Shown piece by piece: positions 1-11,937 of a stretch of 48,090 nucleotides of DNA. The notes below the pieces were generated by a model. It was not told where the DNA came from. It did no database searches and saw only the letters and a list, made by a program, of their open reading frames with translations. Source of the stretch: Hormoscilla sp. GTDB lineage: Bacteria; Cyanobacteriota; Cyanobacteriia; Cyanobacteriales; Desertifilaceae. How positions within the stretch are numbered: the first letter of the stretch is position 1; each line of letters starts with the position of its first letter. Location: contig JBFRWI010000219.1 in assembly GCA_051439505.1 (NCBI GenBank), positions 1 through 48,090 on the forward strand. The letters are read 5' to 3'. The translations under genes were made by a program, and so were the position numbers.

Positions 1-1031
1 GCTGATGGTGCGACTTGAGTTACTACCCAAGAACTATAGGGAAAAATGTTTTCATCGACTCCCCCTACTTCTAATGATTCGGCGGCATTTAGACGGATGT
101 TACTTCCGGGACTGGACGCGACGGTAACCGATGCTATTTGCGATCGGCCCTCTAACCTCACCTTACCTCCATGCAAAAATATCCCTGCTGACGGGTTAGG
201 GATAATATTGGGATTCCAAACCGATGAAGTCTCCAGTAACTTAATTTCTCCGAATGATTCTACTTGAGAGTATCCCAACTCAATACCCTCAATAGATTGA
301 GTGAGACTGACGTTACCATCTAGTACGCTGCCTATTTCTATTCTACCAGATGGTGCCGTGACAATAGCATCTGTCAAGGTCACATCGGAGCCCACCAGTG
401 CTAAAGTCTTCCCCGGTGCTACTGCTAAACCCGTACTGACTTCTGTGGGAAAGACATCTGGGTTTCCCGTCCCTTGTAGGGCGATCGCACCTTGATTTTG
501 TCTGAGATTCAAACCCATGGGTATATCGATCGTCAGCAAGGGCGGTGCTGAGGGGTTGGTGGCGCTAAATTCAAATCCATTGCCAAAGACAAGGCGATCG
601 GCAGTCGTCCCGACAAATGAACCCCCCAAGTCTAAGCGTGCATTGGGACCAAAGACTATCCCCGCAGGATTGATCAGAAATAGGTTAGCATTGCCCAACA
701 CCCCCAGAGTGCCGAAAATATTGGATATATTGCCACCCGTCACCCTCGACAAGATATTTTCTATGCCGCTGGGATTGGCAAAATAGGCTGCTGCACCTGA
801 GTTAACATTAAATTCACTGAAGGAGTGGAACAGGTTGGCACCGCGAACGGCACCCCCATCTATCTGATGACTTTCAATGCCATTTGTCACTGCTGGCGTG
901 ACGACAGAACTTTCTGGGCCCAGAGTGTTATCTGGTAGGATCTGCCCATATATTCTTTCACACCAAAGGATGCTGCCTGCTATTATGGCAACTGGCATTG
1001 CTAAGAACAGTGAAGTTGTTTTACTTTTCAT
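1..1031 (-). CDS. Filamentous haemagglutinin N-terminal (TPS) domain exoprotein; 5' part only, runs off the window start
   Basis: Not in the ORF track. Manual translation from ATG at 1031 is open to base 3: MKSKTTSLFLAMPVAIIAG...QILPDNTLG...IDGGAVRGANLFHSFSEFNV...NILSRVTGGNISNIFGTLGVLGNANLFLINPAGIVFGPNARLDLGGSF, with the typical NLFHSF and NPxGI motifs. Confidence 0.9.
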   Translation of the reverse strand, partial: MKSKTTSLFLAMPVAIIAGSILWCERIYGQILPDNTLGPESSVVTPAVTNGIESHQIDGGAVRGANLFHSFSEFNVNSGAAAYFANPSGIENILSRVTGGNISNIFGTLGVLGNANLFLINPAGIVFGPNARLDLGGSFVGTTADRLVFGNGFEFSATNPSAPPLLTIDIPMGLNLRQNQGAIALQGTGNPDVFPTEVSTGLAVAPGKTLALVGSDVTLTDAIVTAPSGRIEIGSVLDGNVSLTQSIEGIELGYSQVESFGEIKLLETSSVWNPNIIPNPSAGIFLHGGKVRLEGRSQIASVTVASSPGSNIRLNAAESLEVGGVDENIFPYSSWVVTQVAPS

Positions 1032-1086
1032 CTTAAGAACGAAGTTTTTGGTGGGCGGTGCCCACCCTACTATATTACTACCTGGG

Positions 1087-2034
1087 TCAGAAACTAGCAA
1101 AGCGATCGGTCGCTGTAACCAGGGCGCTGCGGATGCCGGGTTCGCTCATCGAATGTCCGGCATCGGGAACCACAACCAACTCAGCTTCCGGCCAAGCGCG
1201 ATGCAAATCCCAAGCCGATCGCATGGGACAAACCACGTCGTAGCGACCCTGAACGATAACTCCGGGAATGTGGCGAATGCGATCGATGTTGTGGAGCAAT
1301 TGGTCGTCCCGATCGAAAAAGCACTTATTGATAAAATAATGGCATTCAATTCTGGCAAAGGCTTCAGCGAAACGATCCTGACCGAAAGATTGCATTAATT
1401 TCGGGTCTTGGATGAGTTTGCTGGTACTCGCTTCCCAAATGGACCAAGCCCGGGCGGCTTCCAATCGCACTTGGGCATCGGGACTGGTCAGGCGACGGTA
1501 ATAGGCCGCAACCAGGTCATCTCGTTCGGCCACGGGAATGGGTTTGAGGTATTCTTCCCAAGGGTCGGGAAAGATATTGCTGGCTCCTTCTTGATAAAAC
1601 CAGCGAATTTCTTGTTGTCGCACCATGAAAATGCCACGCAAGATTAAGCCTCGGCAGCGATCGGGATGGGTTTCGCTATAGGCTAATGTCAGGGTGCTGC
1701 CCCAACTGCCGCCGAAAACAACCCAACTCTCAATGCCGAGTTGGACGCGCAGTTTTTCGATATCATTGACTAAATCCCAGGTGGTGTTTTCTCTCAGTTC
1801 GGCGTGGGGGGTACTGCGACCGCAACCCCGCTGGTCGAAGAGGATAATTCGCCATTTGGTCGGATCGAAGTATTGGCGATAGACGGGGACTATGCCGCCG
1901 CCGGGGCCGCCATGTAAAAAGAGCATTGGCTTCCCGTCGGGGTTGCCAGCTTCTTGATAATAAATCTGATGGAGGTCGGAAACCTGCAAGGTTCCTTCTT
2001 TGTATGGTTCGATCGGGGGATAAAGTTCTCGCAT
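1087..2034 (-). CDS. pip: Proline iminopeptidase (alpha/beta hydrolase, S33)
   Basis: HGGPGGG, FDQRGCGRS, GGSWGS nucleophile motif, GRYDVVCP and DAGHS motifs. Confidence 0.95.
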   Translation of the reverse strand: MRELYPPIEPYKEGTLQVSDLHQIYYQEAGNPDGKPMLFLHGGPGGGIVPVYRQYFDPTKWRIILFDQRGCGRSTPHAELRENTTWDLVNDIEKLRVQLGIESWVVFGGSWGSTLTLAYSETHPDRCRGLILRGIFMVRQQEIRWFYQEGASNIFPDPWEEYLKPIPVAERDDLVAAYYRRLTSPDAQVRLEAARAWSIWEASTSKLIQDPKLMQSFGQDRFAEAFARIECHYFINKCFFDRDDQLLHNIDRIRHIPGVIVQGRYDVVCPMRSAWDLHRAWPEAELVVVPDAGHSMSEPGIRSALVTATDRFASF

Positions 2035-2083
2035 AGTTTTCGGTTAGGCTCGATCGAGCTGCTATTGGTAGCGTGAGTTTCAT

Positions 2084-2304
2084 GGCCCGCCGTGGGTTCA
2101 AACCCACGGCTAATAGCTGAAGTCGGTTAAAACCGACTGATAGTATAATGTTAAAATAGCATAGTTAAATAATTGTAGCAGTATTTTCCCCTCGTTACGC
2201 ACGGGGACGCCGGGGAACGAGGGGAAAACCCTTTCTAGACAAGGTAGAGAGTGGGTTTTAACCCACTTTAGCTGTTAGCCGTGGGTTTTAACCCACGGCG
2301 GGCC
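2084..2304. repeat. REPIN-like composite palindrome (family A: GCCCGCCGTGGGTTCAAACCCACGGCTAATAGCT(G/A)AAGT...)
   Basis: Two inverted arms, each with two hairpins. Related copies at 2776-2868 (with an internal tandem duplication), 19179-19234 and 21636-21798. Confidence 0.85.
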
Positions 2305-2413
2305 AGGAGGATCATTGAGAATGGTGCAAGATCGAAAGTTTTAACCTACTGATAGCATGATATTAAATAATTGTAGCATTATTTTGATAAAATATATAAT
2401 CGAGCATTATCCT

Positions 2414-2650
2414 TTAGGCATTTTCTATATCGGATTTAAGTTCCTCTTCTGTCAGGTCAATCATTGCTACTCCATAACGATGCAAATTCAGCAAAAAATT
2501 AACTCGATCGGTTCCTACCAATGTTGCTGCCACTCCTGAAGATATGCGTTTCATTTCAAACAGTTTTGCCGCCATTGCCCATTTCGCTTCTTGCTCGAAC
2601 TGTTCCCTGGTTAGCTGCATCGCATCCGGGAGGGTTTCTGGATAATCCAT
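2414..2650 (-). CDS. UPF0175-family putative antitoxin (orphan)
   Basis: YPETLPDA...AMAAKLFEMKRISSGVAA...RVNFLLNL...EEELKSDIENA. The in-frame upstream ATA-TCA-TTA-CAA-CTA (I/M-SLQLK, from 2668) suggests the original start was slightly earlier. Confidence 0.75.
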   Translation of the reverse strand: MDYPETLPDAMQLTREQFEQEAKWAMAAKLFEMKRISSGVAATLVGTDRVNFLLNLHRYGVAMIDLTEEELKSDIENA

Positions 2651-2938
2651 TTTTAGTTGTAATGATATGGCCCGATCGCCTCATTTTTATGTCTGCTTTC
2701 AAAGTTCGCTGATAACTCTATTTTCTATTTCTCGGGAACGAGGGTAAAACGAAGGGAAAATACCCATAAGGCTTTCAGTGGGTTTTAACCCACTTTAGCT
2801 ATTAGCCGTGGGTTTGAACCCACGGCGGGCTTTAGCTATTAGCCGTGGGTTTGAACCCACGGCGGGCCATGAAGCTAATCGACAATGGTGCAAGATCTCA
2901 GTTATAATCTATCGTCAGCCTTTATAGGTGATGCAAGC

Positions 2939-2976
2939 AAAAAAAACAGCAGCCTTGACCAGAAAGCTGCTGTTTT
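2939..2976 (-). terminator. Intrinsic terminator downstream of groEL
   Basis: Minus strand reads AAAACAGCAGC-loop-GCTGCTGTTTTTTTT, a stem followed by a U-tract. Confidence 0.8.
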
Positions 2977-3041
2977 GATCGGTAGGTGGGCAATGCCCAC
3001 CCTACCGGCTACCAGGTGGGCAATGCCCACCCTACAGAATA

Positions 3042-4706
<1,665 letters not shown>

Positions 4707-4787
4707 TTAATTGTCTTATTCATTGGTAATGGCGAATTTTTTCTTGTTCCATTCGCCATTCTGCGTTCCCATAGTCAGGGAACTCCA

Positions 4788-5099
4788 TTAGCTAACGACT
4801 GCGAGAATATCTTTTTCCGACAACAGCACGTAGTCATCGTTGCTGAGTTTGATGTCCGTGCCAGCGTACTTGGAGTAAAGCACTTTGTCGCCCACTTTCA
4901 CTTCCATTTCCTGACGAGTTCCATCGTCGTTACGCTTGCCAGGACCTACCTGCACGATTTCGCCAATTTGCGGTTTCTCTTTAGCATTGTCCGGCAATAT
5001 GATGCCACCTGCTGTCTTTTCCTCAGCCTCGCTGATCTTTACGAACACGCGATCGCCTAGTGGCTTAACTGTCGATACTGTTAGAGATACTGCTGCCAT
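4788..5099 (-). CDS. groES: Co-chaperonin GroES
   Basis: [29 protein letters not shown]; directly upstream of groEL. Confidence 0.99.
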   Translation of the reverse strand: MAAVSLTVSTVKPLGDRVFVKISEAEEKTAGGIILPDNAKEKPQIGEIVQVGPGKRNDDGTRQEMEVKVGDKVLYSKYAGTDIKLSNDDYVLLSEKDILAVVS

Positions 5100-5202
5100 A
5101 AATTCACTACTCCTGGTGTGATTTTCAATTGGTGAGTGCGATCGGGCGTACCACTTTTTGACCTTGTGGTAGCTCCAATTGCTGTCTCGTTTACCTGTTG
5201 AG

Positions 5203-5229
5203 TTAGCACTCTCAACTCTTGAGTGCTAA
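5203..5229. promoter_or_regulatory. CIRCE element (HrcA operator)
   Basis: Exact TTAGCACTC-N9-GAGTGCTAA upstream of groES. Confidence 0.97.
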
Positions 5230-5268
5230 TCTAGCTAAACCTAGGGGGGACTGACAAGGGTTTTTTTA

Positions 5269-5284
5269 GTACGGGTTCCCGAAC
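5269..5284 (-). promoter_or_regulatory. K-box of the cyanobacterial groESL1 promoter
   Basis: Minus strand GTTCGG-GAAC-CC-GT-AC fits GTTCGG-NNAN-CCNNAC, upstream of CIRCE. Confidence 0.85.
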
Positions 5285-5519
5285 GGAAATGGCGGGAGGC
5301 ACCCAGTTATTGTTGTCAGTGGTCAGCGGCGGTTACTCGGCCTGGTAGGTGCTGACTGGCAGGCGAAGCATCAATCTCCCCAGATCCGCCAGTCAAATTG
5401 TTAATTTATGTTGCAAATATTTGGTTTTCATAACGAAAGGGTGAGTTTTGCCTGAATTAACAGTATAGGAGCGCATTCAGCAAACTGTCGCACCTATGGC
5501 AATCCACCTTTAGAGAGAA

Positions 5520-6458
5520 ATGAGGCTGATGATTAGCTCAACAGGGACGGCGAGTGCTGGAGTCACCTTGATGATCCAGAGAATCCGCCGGTATATTAGG
5601 GCAGCATCAAAGTATGCGATCGCCGATCTAGTGCAGCGCGGCGGAAATAAGGCACCAGCCGGATAGTGGCTCAAAGCCTTGCTCCGAAAGCATTTTGAAT
5701 TTTGAATTTTGAATTTTGAATTCCGCGCAGCGGCACTAGGCACCTTGGGCGGTAACTACAGCATCGCTTGGGGCATCAACGACGCGGGGCAAGTGGTGGG
5801 CTATTCGGAAACTAGCAGCGGTCCGGGGCGAGGCTGCTTGTGGTCCCGGGGCCAGATAATAGACTTGGGTACCCTGGGCGGGGACGACAGTGAAGCCAGG
5901 GATATTAACGATCTCGGGCAGGTAGTAGGCTATTCCCAAAATAGCAGGGGCCAGAGGCGTGCCTGCTAGTGGTCCCAGGGCAAGATCGAGGATCTGGGCA
6001 CCCCCCTGGGCAGTCACTCCAGCGGGCCCGATCGCGCCTGCTTGTGGTCCCAGGGCAGGATAACAGACCTGGGAACCTTGGGCGGGGACAGAAGTGAAGC
6101 TAGAGATATCAATGATGTCGGGCAAATAGTGGGCTATTCCTACAGTAAGAGCAGACAGGGGCGCGGCTTTTTGTGGTTCAATGACAAAATGTTAGACTTA
6201 CGAGCCCTCCGAGGAGGCAAATACTCTCATGCCTGGGGCATTAATAACTCGGGGCAAGTAGTAGGCAATTGCGATCTTGGCGGCTGCTTGTGGTCCAATG
6301 GTACTATGACTTGTCTCAAACGACTGCTACCCAAAAATTCCGGCTGGCAAATATCGGAAGCATGGGATATTAATAATAATGGGCAGATTGTCGGCGGTGG
6401 TACTATAACAGATCCTCATGCCTTCTTAATGACGCCTGTAGTTGATAGTTGTCAGTAG
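5520..6458 (+). pseudogene. HAF-family extracellular repeat protein, disrupted
   Basis: One frame from ATG 5520 with repeats DLGTLGG..S.A.(G/D)IN..GQVVG. It is interrupted by a 108-bp insert containing TAG (5664) and by a second TAG at 5967 where sister repeats have TTG. Confidence 0.85.
5628..5739. mobile_element. MITE (108 bp including one target copy) inserted at CTAG; IS630-like TA target
   Basis: CTAG at both 5628-5631 and 5736-5739; ends read TAGTGC...GCACTA; internal TTTTGAA heptamer run. Removing it restores ...YAIADLGTLGG. Confidence 0.85.
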
Positions 6459-6557
6459 ATATTGTCAGTCGCTAGTTGGCAATTGACATCGAACAATTGT
6501 ACAATTGCTAGCAAAATCATGTATGATAGAAAACAGTAGACTCGATCGCGCCAGATT

Positions 6558-7619
6558 ATGAACAGAACCTTAATACCAGTTATTCTCGCCGGTGGCAAAG
6601 GAGAACGCTTTTGGCCTCTCAGCCGCAAACATCGACCCAAACAGTTTCTCAGTCTGGATGGCAGCGGTAAGAGTCTGCTACAAGGGACAGCAGACCGACT
6701 ATTAAACATCGCGGGGGGTTGGGAAGGTTTGTGGGTATGTACTTCCAGGCAACTAGCTGAGGGAGTCAAGCAACAACTGCCCGAACTACCCCCAAGTAAC
6801 TTGCTGGCTGAACCGGAAGGAAGGGATACGGCACCAGCTGTGGCTTGGACAACTTTGAAAATTGCTCAACGTGAGGGGGAAGATGGGGCGATCGGGTTTT
6901 TCCCTGCCGACCACTGGATCGCAGACGAAGAAGCTTTTACCCAAACCATCAATGCAGCAACTCAGCTAGCATTGGAAGAACCAGCCATTGTCACCCTGGG
7001 AGTAAAGCCAGGATATCCGGCCACGGGCTACGGATATATCGAACAGGGTCAACAGACAGGTACTTTTGGAGAGTTCCCTGCATATAAGGTAAAGCGGTTT
7101 ACCGAAAAGCCAGATGAAAAAACAGCCGCCGAGTTTATTGCCACAGGTCGTTTCAGCTGGAATAGTGGGATGTTTATCTTCCGGGGTGGGGTGCTGCTAG
7201 AGGAGATGAGCAAACATGTTCCCGAACTGGTCCAACAACTGCGATCGCGTGGGGAAGCAGCTTACTCTCAACTACCGAAAATTTCGATAGACTATGCTTT
7301 AATGGAGAAGACTCAGCTAGCTTACGTGCTGCCAGCAGATTTTGGCTGGGATGACTTGGGAGACTGGAATGCCCTATCGCGTTTGCTGCAAGGGGATAAG
7401 CAGAATTTGGAATTAGCCAACCATGTAGGAATGGATAGCAAAGGAGCAATTCTCTACGATGCGGATGAAGATGGAGTAATTGTTACCATTGGCATGTCTG
7501 ATGTGGTAGTAGTGCGGGATGGCAAGGTCACTCTGCTAGTGAAAAAAGACCGCACCCAGGAGATCAAAAAGGTACTGAAAATGCTGAAAGATGACCCAAA
7601 ATACGAAAATCTCCTGTAA
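6558..7619 (+). CDS. manC: Mannose-1-phosphate guanylyltransferase
   Basis: VILAGGKGERFWPLSR, PKQFL, EPEGRDTAPA, FTEKP, WNSGMF, SIDYALME, GWDDLGDW motifs. Confidence 0.93.
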   Translation: MNRTLIPVILAGGKGERFWPLSRKHRPKQFLSLDGSGKSLLQGTADRLLNIAGGWEGLWVCTSRQLAEGVKQQLPELPPSNLLAEPEGRDTAPAVAWTTLKIAQREGEDGAIGFFPADHWIADEEAFTQTINAATQLALEEPAIVTLGVKPGYPATGYGYIEQGQQTGTFGEFPAYKVKRFTEKPDEKTAAEFIATGRFSWNSGMFIFRGGVLLEEMSKHVPELVQQLRSRGEAAYSQLPKISIDYALMEKTQLAYVLPADFGWDDLGDWNALSRLLQGDKQNLELANHVGMDSKGAILYDADEDGVIVTIGMSDVVVVRDGKVTLLVKKDRTQEIKKVLKMLKDDPKYENLL

Positions 7620-7842
7620 GGGTTAATAGTGTTGTCGTCCCCAGGAAATGAGGTAAATGCACGTGAATAAATAAGCGACAACGATCGATTATTAATGCTA
7701 AAATTAGTTGAGAATGATTTTGGCTATTAGGAATAATTATCGCCATCTGCTGATGACCAATTAAAACTGGCAACGGAATTGGTGGGCAATGCCCACCCTA
7801 CAAACTGACAAACTCCCAAGAAAAATTAGCAATGGGAAAAAG

Positions 7843-9492
7843 ATGCTTTCATTAACAAAGACAAGTTCGCGACAGCGAGAAATACTTGAGGTAGTGTTCC
7901 GAAATGGATGGGACTACATCGAAGGGCTGATGAAAGGTAGTAAAGGTGGCGAACCGAGGCTGCCAACACCTGCCGTGCTGCGAAATATTCTGGTAGAATT
8001 AGGTCCAGTATATGTCAAGCTGGGGCAACTGCTGAGTACCCGCCCAGACGTGCTGCCTTCAGCCTACATTGAAGCATTATCCTCCCTACAAGAGAAAGTG
8101 CCGCCAGTAGCATGGTCCCAGATAGAAGTGATGATGAGGCAACAGTTACCCAGACCCACCGAAGAGGTATTTGCGGTCATCAACAATCAACCAGTTGCTG
8201 CCGGTTCCATTGGTCAGGTACATCGGGCAACATTAGCAGATGGTCGGGAAGTGGCCCTGAAAATTCAGCGCCCTGGCATTGAGACAGTGGTAGCCCAAGA
8301 TATTTCCTTGATCAAGGGGTTAGCAGAGTTAGTTGCCCTCAGTGACTTAGGACAGGACTATGATGTTGTTGCACTAGCGGAGGAATTTGAAAAAGCCTTG
8401 CAGGCGGAATTAGATTTCACCCAAGAAGCCAACTTTACCGACCAACTGCGGCGCAATATGTCTAACAGTCGCTGGTTTGACTCCAAGGATCTGGTAATTC
8501 CGGCAGTTTACTGGGATCTGACCACAGAAAAGCTATTGGTATTAGAATGGCTGGATGGCAAACCCCTGTTATCGGCAGATATATCGGCAAGCATGAACGG
8601 TAAGTCTTCCCAAAAGCGGCAGAAGATAACAACCCTGCTGTTCCGGGCGTTCTTTCAGCAGCTATATATCGACGGCTTCTTTCATGCGGACCCCCATCCG
8701 GGGAATTTGTTTTATCTTGCAGACGGTCGAGTAGCTTTGCTTGACTGCGGCATGATCGGGCGACTAGACCCCCGCACCCAACAAATTCTAACAGAAATGC
8801 TGTTGGCGATCGTGAATATTGACGCCCAGCGTTGCGCTCAGTTAACGTTACAGCTGTCTGAGTCGGGTCAGCCAGTAAATTTGGGTCGGTTGGAAAATGA
8901 CTACGATCGGATGCTGCGCAAGTATTATAATCTCAGCTTGTCGGAGATTAATTTCAGTGAAGTATTTTACGAGATCCTGGAAGTTTCCCGCAAGAATAAA
9001 ATTAAATTGCCAGGAAATATGGGTTTGTACGCTAAAGCCCTAGCCAATTTAGAGGGAGTAGCCCGTAGTTTCGATCCGGAGGTAAATTTACTGAATGAAA
9101 TCAAGCCGTTAATCACAGATTTATTTCGGCGTCAGTTGCTGGGAGATAAGCCGATCGAGACATTATTGCGGACGGCTTTGGACATGAAGAGTTTATCCTT
9201 GCAATCTCCGCGCATGGTGGAGTTACTCCTAGACAGAATTACTTCGGAGACTCTGAAGTGGAATTTAACCATTAAAGATCTCGATCCGCTACGTCGGAGT
9301 ATGGATGATTCGGCAAACAGACTCTCTTTTAGTATTGTAGTGGGTTCCTTGATTATCGGAGCGGCAATTATTTCTAGTAATTCTCAAACGCCGCAAATGT
9401 CTGTGGTGAGTGATGTGTTGTTTGCGGCTGCTAGTTTGTTGGGGTTGTGGTTGGTAATCAGTATTCTGCGATCGGGGAGGTTGCGGTCTTAA
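7843..9492 (+). CDS. ABC1/AarF/UbiB-family atypical kinase
   Basis: LGPVYVKLGQLLSTRPD, AAGSIGQVH, VALKIQRP, FFHADPHPGN, LLDCGM and two C-terminal TM helices. The 7789 start lies inside a REP, so 7843 is preferred. Confidence 0.93.
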   Translation: MLSLTKTSSRQREILEVVFRNGWDYIEGLMKGSKGGEPRLPTPAVLRNILVELGPVYVKLGQLLSTRPDVLPSAYIEALSSLQEKVPPVAWSQIEVMMRQQLPRPTEEVFAVINNQPVAAGSIGQVHRATLADGREVALKIQRPGIETVVAQDISLIKGLAELVALSDLGQDYDVVALAEEFEKALQAELDFTQEANFTDQLRRNMSNSRWFDSKDLVIPAVYWDLTTEKLLVLEWLDGKPLLSADISASMNGKSSQKRQKITTLLFRAFFQQLYIDGFFHADPHPGNLFYLADGRVALLDCGMIGRLDPRTQQILTEMLLAIVNIDAQRCAQLTLQLSESGQPVNLGRLENDYDRMLRKYYNLSLSEINFSEVFYEILEVSRKNKIKLPGNMGLYAKALANLEGVARSFDPEVNLLNEIKPLITDLFRRQLLGDKPIETLLRTALDMKSLSLQSPRMVELLLDRITSETLKWNLTIKDLDPLRRSMDDSANRLSFSIVVGSLIIGAAIISSNSQTPQMSVVSDVLFAAASLLGLWLVISILRSGRLRS

Positions 9493-9632
9493 AAACTTAT
9501 GGTAGATTGGGGAGAAGATCGGGAATAGCAGATAGTAGGGAGGGAAATAATATCGTCTAAAAATGTAGAATGAAACAAGTGGAAGAAACAAGTTAACATT
9601 TAGGAGATGAAAGAGAAGTTAACGAGGTAAAA

Positions 9633-10415
9633 ATGACGAGCAACAATTCAAAATTATCGATCAGAGTTCAAGGAGATATACGGGAGCGATTAAGCGCATT
9701 CCAAGCAGAGCATCAGCTGAAGTCCTTGTCGGGCGCGATCGGGGTAATTCTGAAAAATTACTTTGAAACGATCGCGGAAGTGCCATCGGCAGGAGAAGGG
9801 GCAGAAGATCTGCCACCTGTAGAACCCTATGACCTGCCATTTTCGTCTGCTATGACAGACATTCTACTCAAGCGCATAGAAAAGCTGGAAACAAGATTAT
9901 TTGCAGAAGAGCAACAGAGGAACTCACTGGAAATCAAATTGGCAGTGATGGAAGCAGAACTGGTAAAATATCACCAGACTGCCAAAACTGCCCGATTGCA
10001 GTCCGGACAAGCGACGGCAGTATCAACAAAAGCAAACAAGGCCCTATACGAACAGAGCGAAAATGAAAGTAACAATGGGGTGAGTCCTCCTCAGGCAAAG
10101 AGCAAGAGAACTAGCAAGGGCGGCCATTCGCTGCCACCGCCAGAGGCACAGTCAGAAAAGCATCAGGAGATCGCAGAAACCGCGCCGACGCCTGAAACTG
10201 CCAGTCCAGTTGAGAAAGACTCCGAAGCGACGGTCGCGCCCCCACCTAAAACAATGACGACAAGGGAGATAGCGCAATTGCTCAACTGGCACCGAGATAA
10301 ATTGGAAGCCCGCAAAAAACGTGGGAATTTGCCGATCCAAGAGGGTGGTTATTTAATCGACTGCATCGGGAAAAAAGGTGGAAAGCTGCTTTGGAGTGTT
10401 GAGCGCCTGGAATAA
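9633..10415 (+). CDS. Hypothetical DNA-binding protein (N-terminal RHH-like, coiled coil, C-terminal HTH-like)
   Basis: GAGG RBS. KLSIRVQGDIRERL...SLSGAIGVILKNYF resembles an RHH; MTTREIAQLLNWHRDKL resembles an HTH. Confidence 0.6.
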   Translation: MTSNNSKLSIRVQGDIRERLSAFQAEHQLKSLSGAIGVILKNYFETIAEVPSAGEGAEDLPPVEPYDLPFSSAMTDILLKRIEKLETRLFAEEQQRNSLEIKLAVMEAELVKYHQTAKTARLQSGQATAVSTKANKALYEQSENESNNGVSPPQAKSKRTSKGGHSLPPPEAQSEKHQEIAETAPTPETASPVEKDSEATVAPPPKTMTTREIAQLLNWHRDKLEARKKRGNLPIQEGGYLIDCIGKKGGKLLWSVERLE

Positions 10416-10742
10416 TGGTAACAGGACCAAATACTTTTGGGAGCTTTGTCCAAAGATGAAAGTAAATCCAACTAGGGGGCGGGTTCGCGCCCCTAACTCT
10501 ATCATCGACAGGGTACCAGGCCCACCCGTTATGGCCCTGGTACGCGATAACTGACAACTGACAACTACTGGCTTTTCTTAAATTGACTCTACTTATCCCT
10601 TGCAATGTTTAATCTGATATCATTTTTGGGTAACTTTTCTTAGTATTAATACGGAATATGCGAGCAGGATCGCCTATTCACCTCATCTGAGTCTTGAGGA
10701 CATGTCAGCTATAACCCTTGTCTGACATGGGTTTGAAGATAT

Positions 10743-10760
10743 GTTAAGAAATGTTACAAA
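10743..10760 (+). promoter_or_regulatory. HLR1-like (RpaB) direct repeat
   Basis: GTTAAGAA-AT-GTTACAAA fits the (G/T)TTACA(T/A)(T/A)-N2 tandem pattern, with mismatches in the first half. Confidence 0.5.
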
Positions 10761-10975
10761 ATTTTTATGAAGAATTGTTGCAGCTACTTGATTTAATTGC
10801 TAGGGTATGTATAGCAGCAGGTAACTCTCGTATAAGGAGAAGTGTCACCATGCAAGACATCAATAGCAGAGCGGAACTCGATAGCTAGGAGAATGTGGTG
10901 TCCTGGCTAGATGTCATAAATATCAGCTTTTGTCAAATTTAGTCCAACTTATCCCCTGGGAGTCCGGGGTGCAGT

Positions 10976-10989
10976 GTAATCTTCGATAC
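10976..10989. promoter_or_regulatory. Possible NtcA site
   Basis: tGTA-ATCTTCGA-TACa (GTA-N8-TAC), about 90 bp before the SDR start. No -10 box at the canonical spacing. Confidence 0.35.
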
Positions 10990-11080
10990 AGAATGATTGC
11001 ACGATGTACGATGCGTGCGCTATTCGCACTATGCATCGCACATCGCAGGTGAAACGCTCAATTCTGGAGGTTTTTTAATT

Positions 11081-11905
11081 ATGAATATGCAAGGAAAAAC
11101 GGCTCTGGTTACCGGGGCCTCCCGTGGCATTGGGCGGGCGATCGCCCTAGAATTAGCGCGGCAAGGAATGAAAAGGTTGTTGCTACTGGCACGCGATCGG
11201 CAGCGGTTAAAGCAAGTGGCCGCAGAAATAGAAGCGATCGGCCCAGAAGCAGTAACTCTGGCAGTAGATTTGACCTTGCCAGTAGAGGTAAATATTGCGA
11301 TCGCGAATGCTTGGAAAGTTCACGGACCAATTCATCTGCTAGTCAACTGTGCGGGAGTTGCGCACCAAGGGCCATTTTTGCAGTCAAAACTGCCGCAAGT
11401 GCAGGAAGAAGTTTCCCTAAACTTCATGGGAATGTACAGCATTACCCATCTAGTTGCGCGACGCATGGCATCACAACAGGAAGGTACAATTGTAAATGTT
11501 TCTAGCTTGATGGGCAAGGTAGCAGCACCGACCATGTCTACCTATTCTGCCACCAAATTTGCGATATTGGGCTTTACCCAAGCCTTGCGCAGGGAACTGG
11601 CGCCATACAATATCAAAGTAATTGCTTTGCTGCCAACTCTGACGGATACTGATATGGCAAAAAACTTGCAGTTGTTCCGGTTTGTAGTACCCATGAAAGC
11701 CGAACAAGTGGCCCAGGCACTCATTGCTGGACTGGAGAAAGATTCCTCGGAAATCTTGGTAGGATGGCAAAGTCATTTAGCAGTGTGGTGCCAAGGCATT
11801 GCCCCTTGGTTAATGGAGAAGATTTTATTAATGGCTTCTCCCTCCCAGCATAGACAAAAGCAGGATATCCTTTTGCGAAAGCCTGGAGAACTTCCCGTTA
11901 GTTAA
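11081..11905 (+). CDS. Short-chain dehydrogenase/reductase
   Basis: TGASRGIG, VNCAG, NVSS and YSATK catalytic motif; GGAGG RBS before ATG 11081. Confidence 0.92.
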   Translation: MNMQGKTALVTGASRGIGRAIALELARQGMKRLLLLARDRQRLKQVAAEIEAIGPEAVTLAVDLTLPVEVNIAIANAWKVHGPIHLLVNCAGVAHQGPFLQSKLPQVQEEVSLNFMGMYSITHLVARRMASQQEGTIVNVSSLMGKVAAPTMSTYSATKFAILGFTQALRRELAPYNIKVIALLPTLTDTDMAKNLQLFRFVVPMKAEQVAQALIAGLEKDSSEILVGWQSHLAVWCQGIAPWLMEKILLMASPSQHRQKQDILLRKPGELPVS

Positions 11906-11937
11906 TGTCGGGTGCATCTCAATTTGGGATTAAGTTC

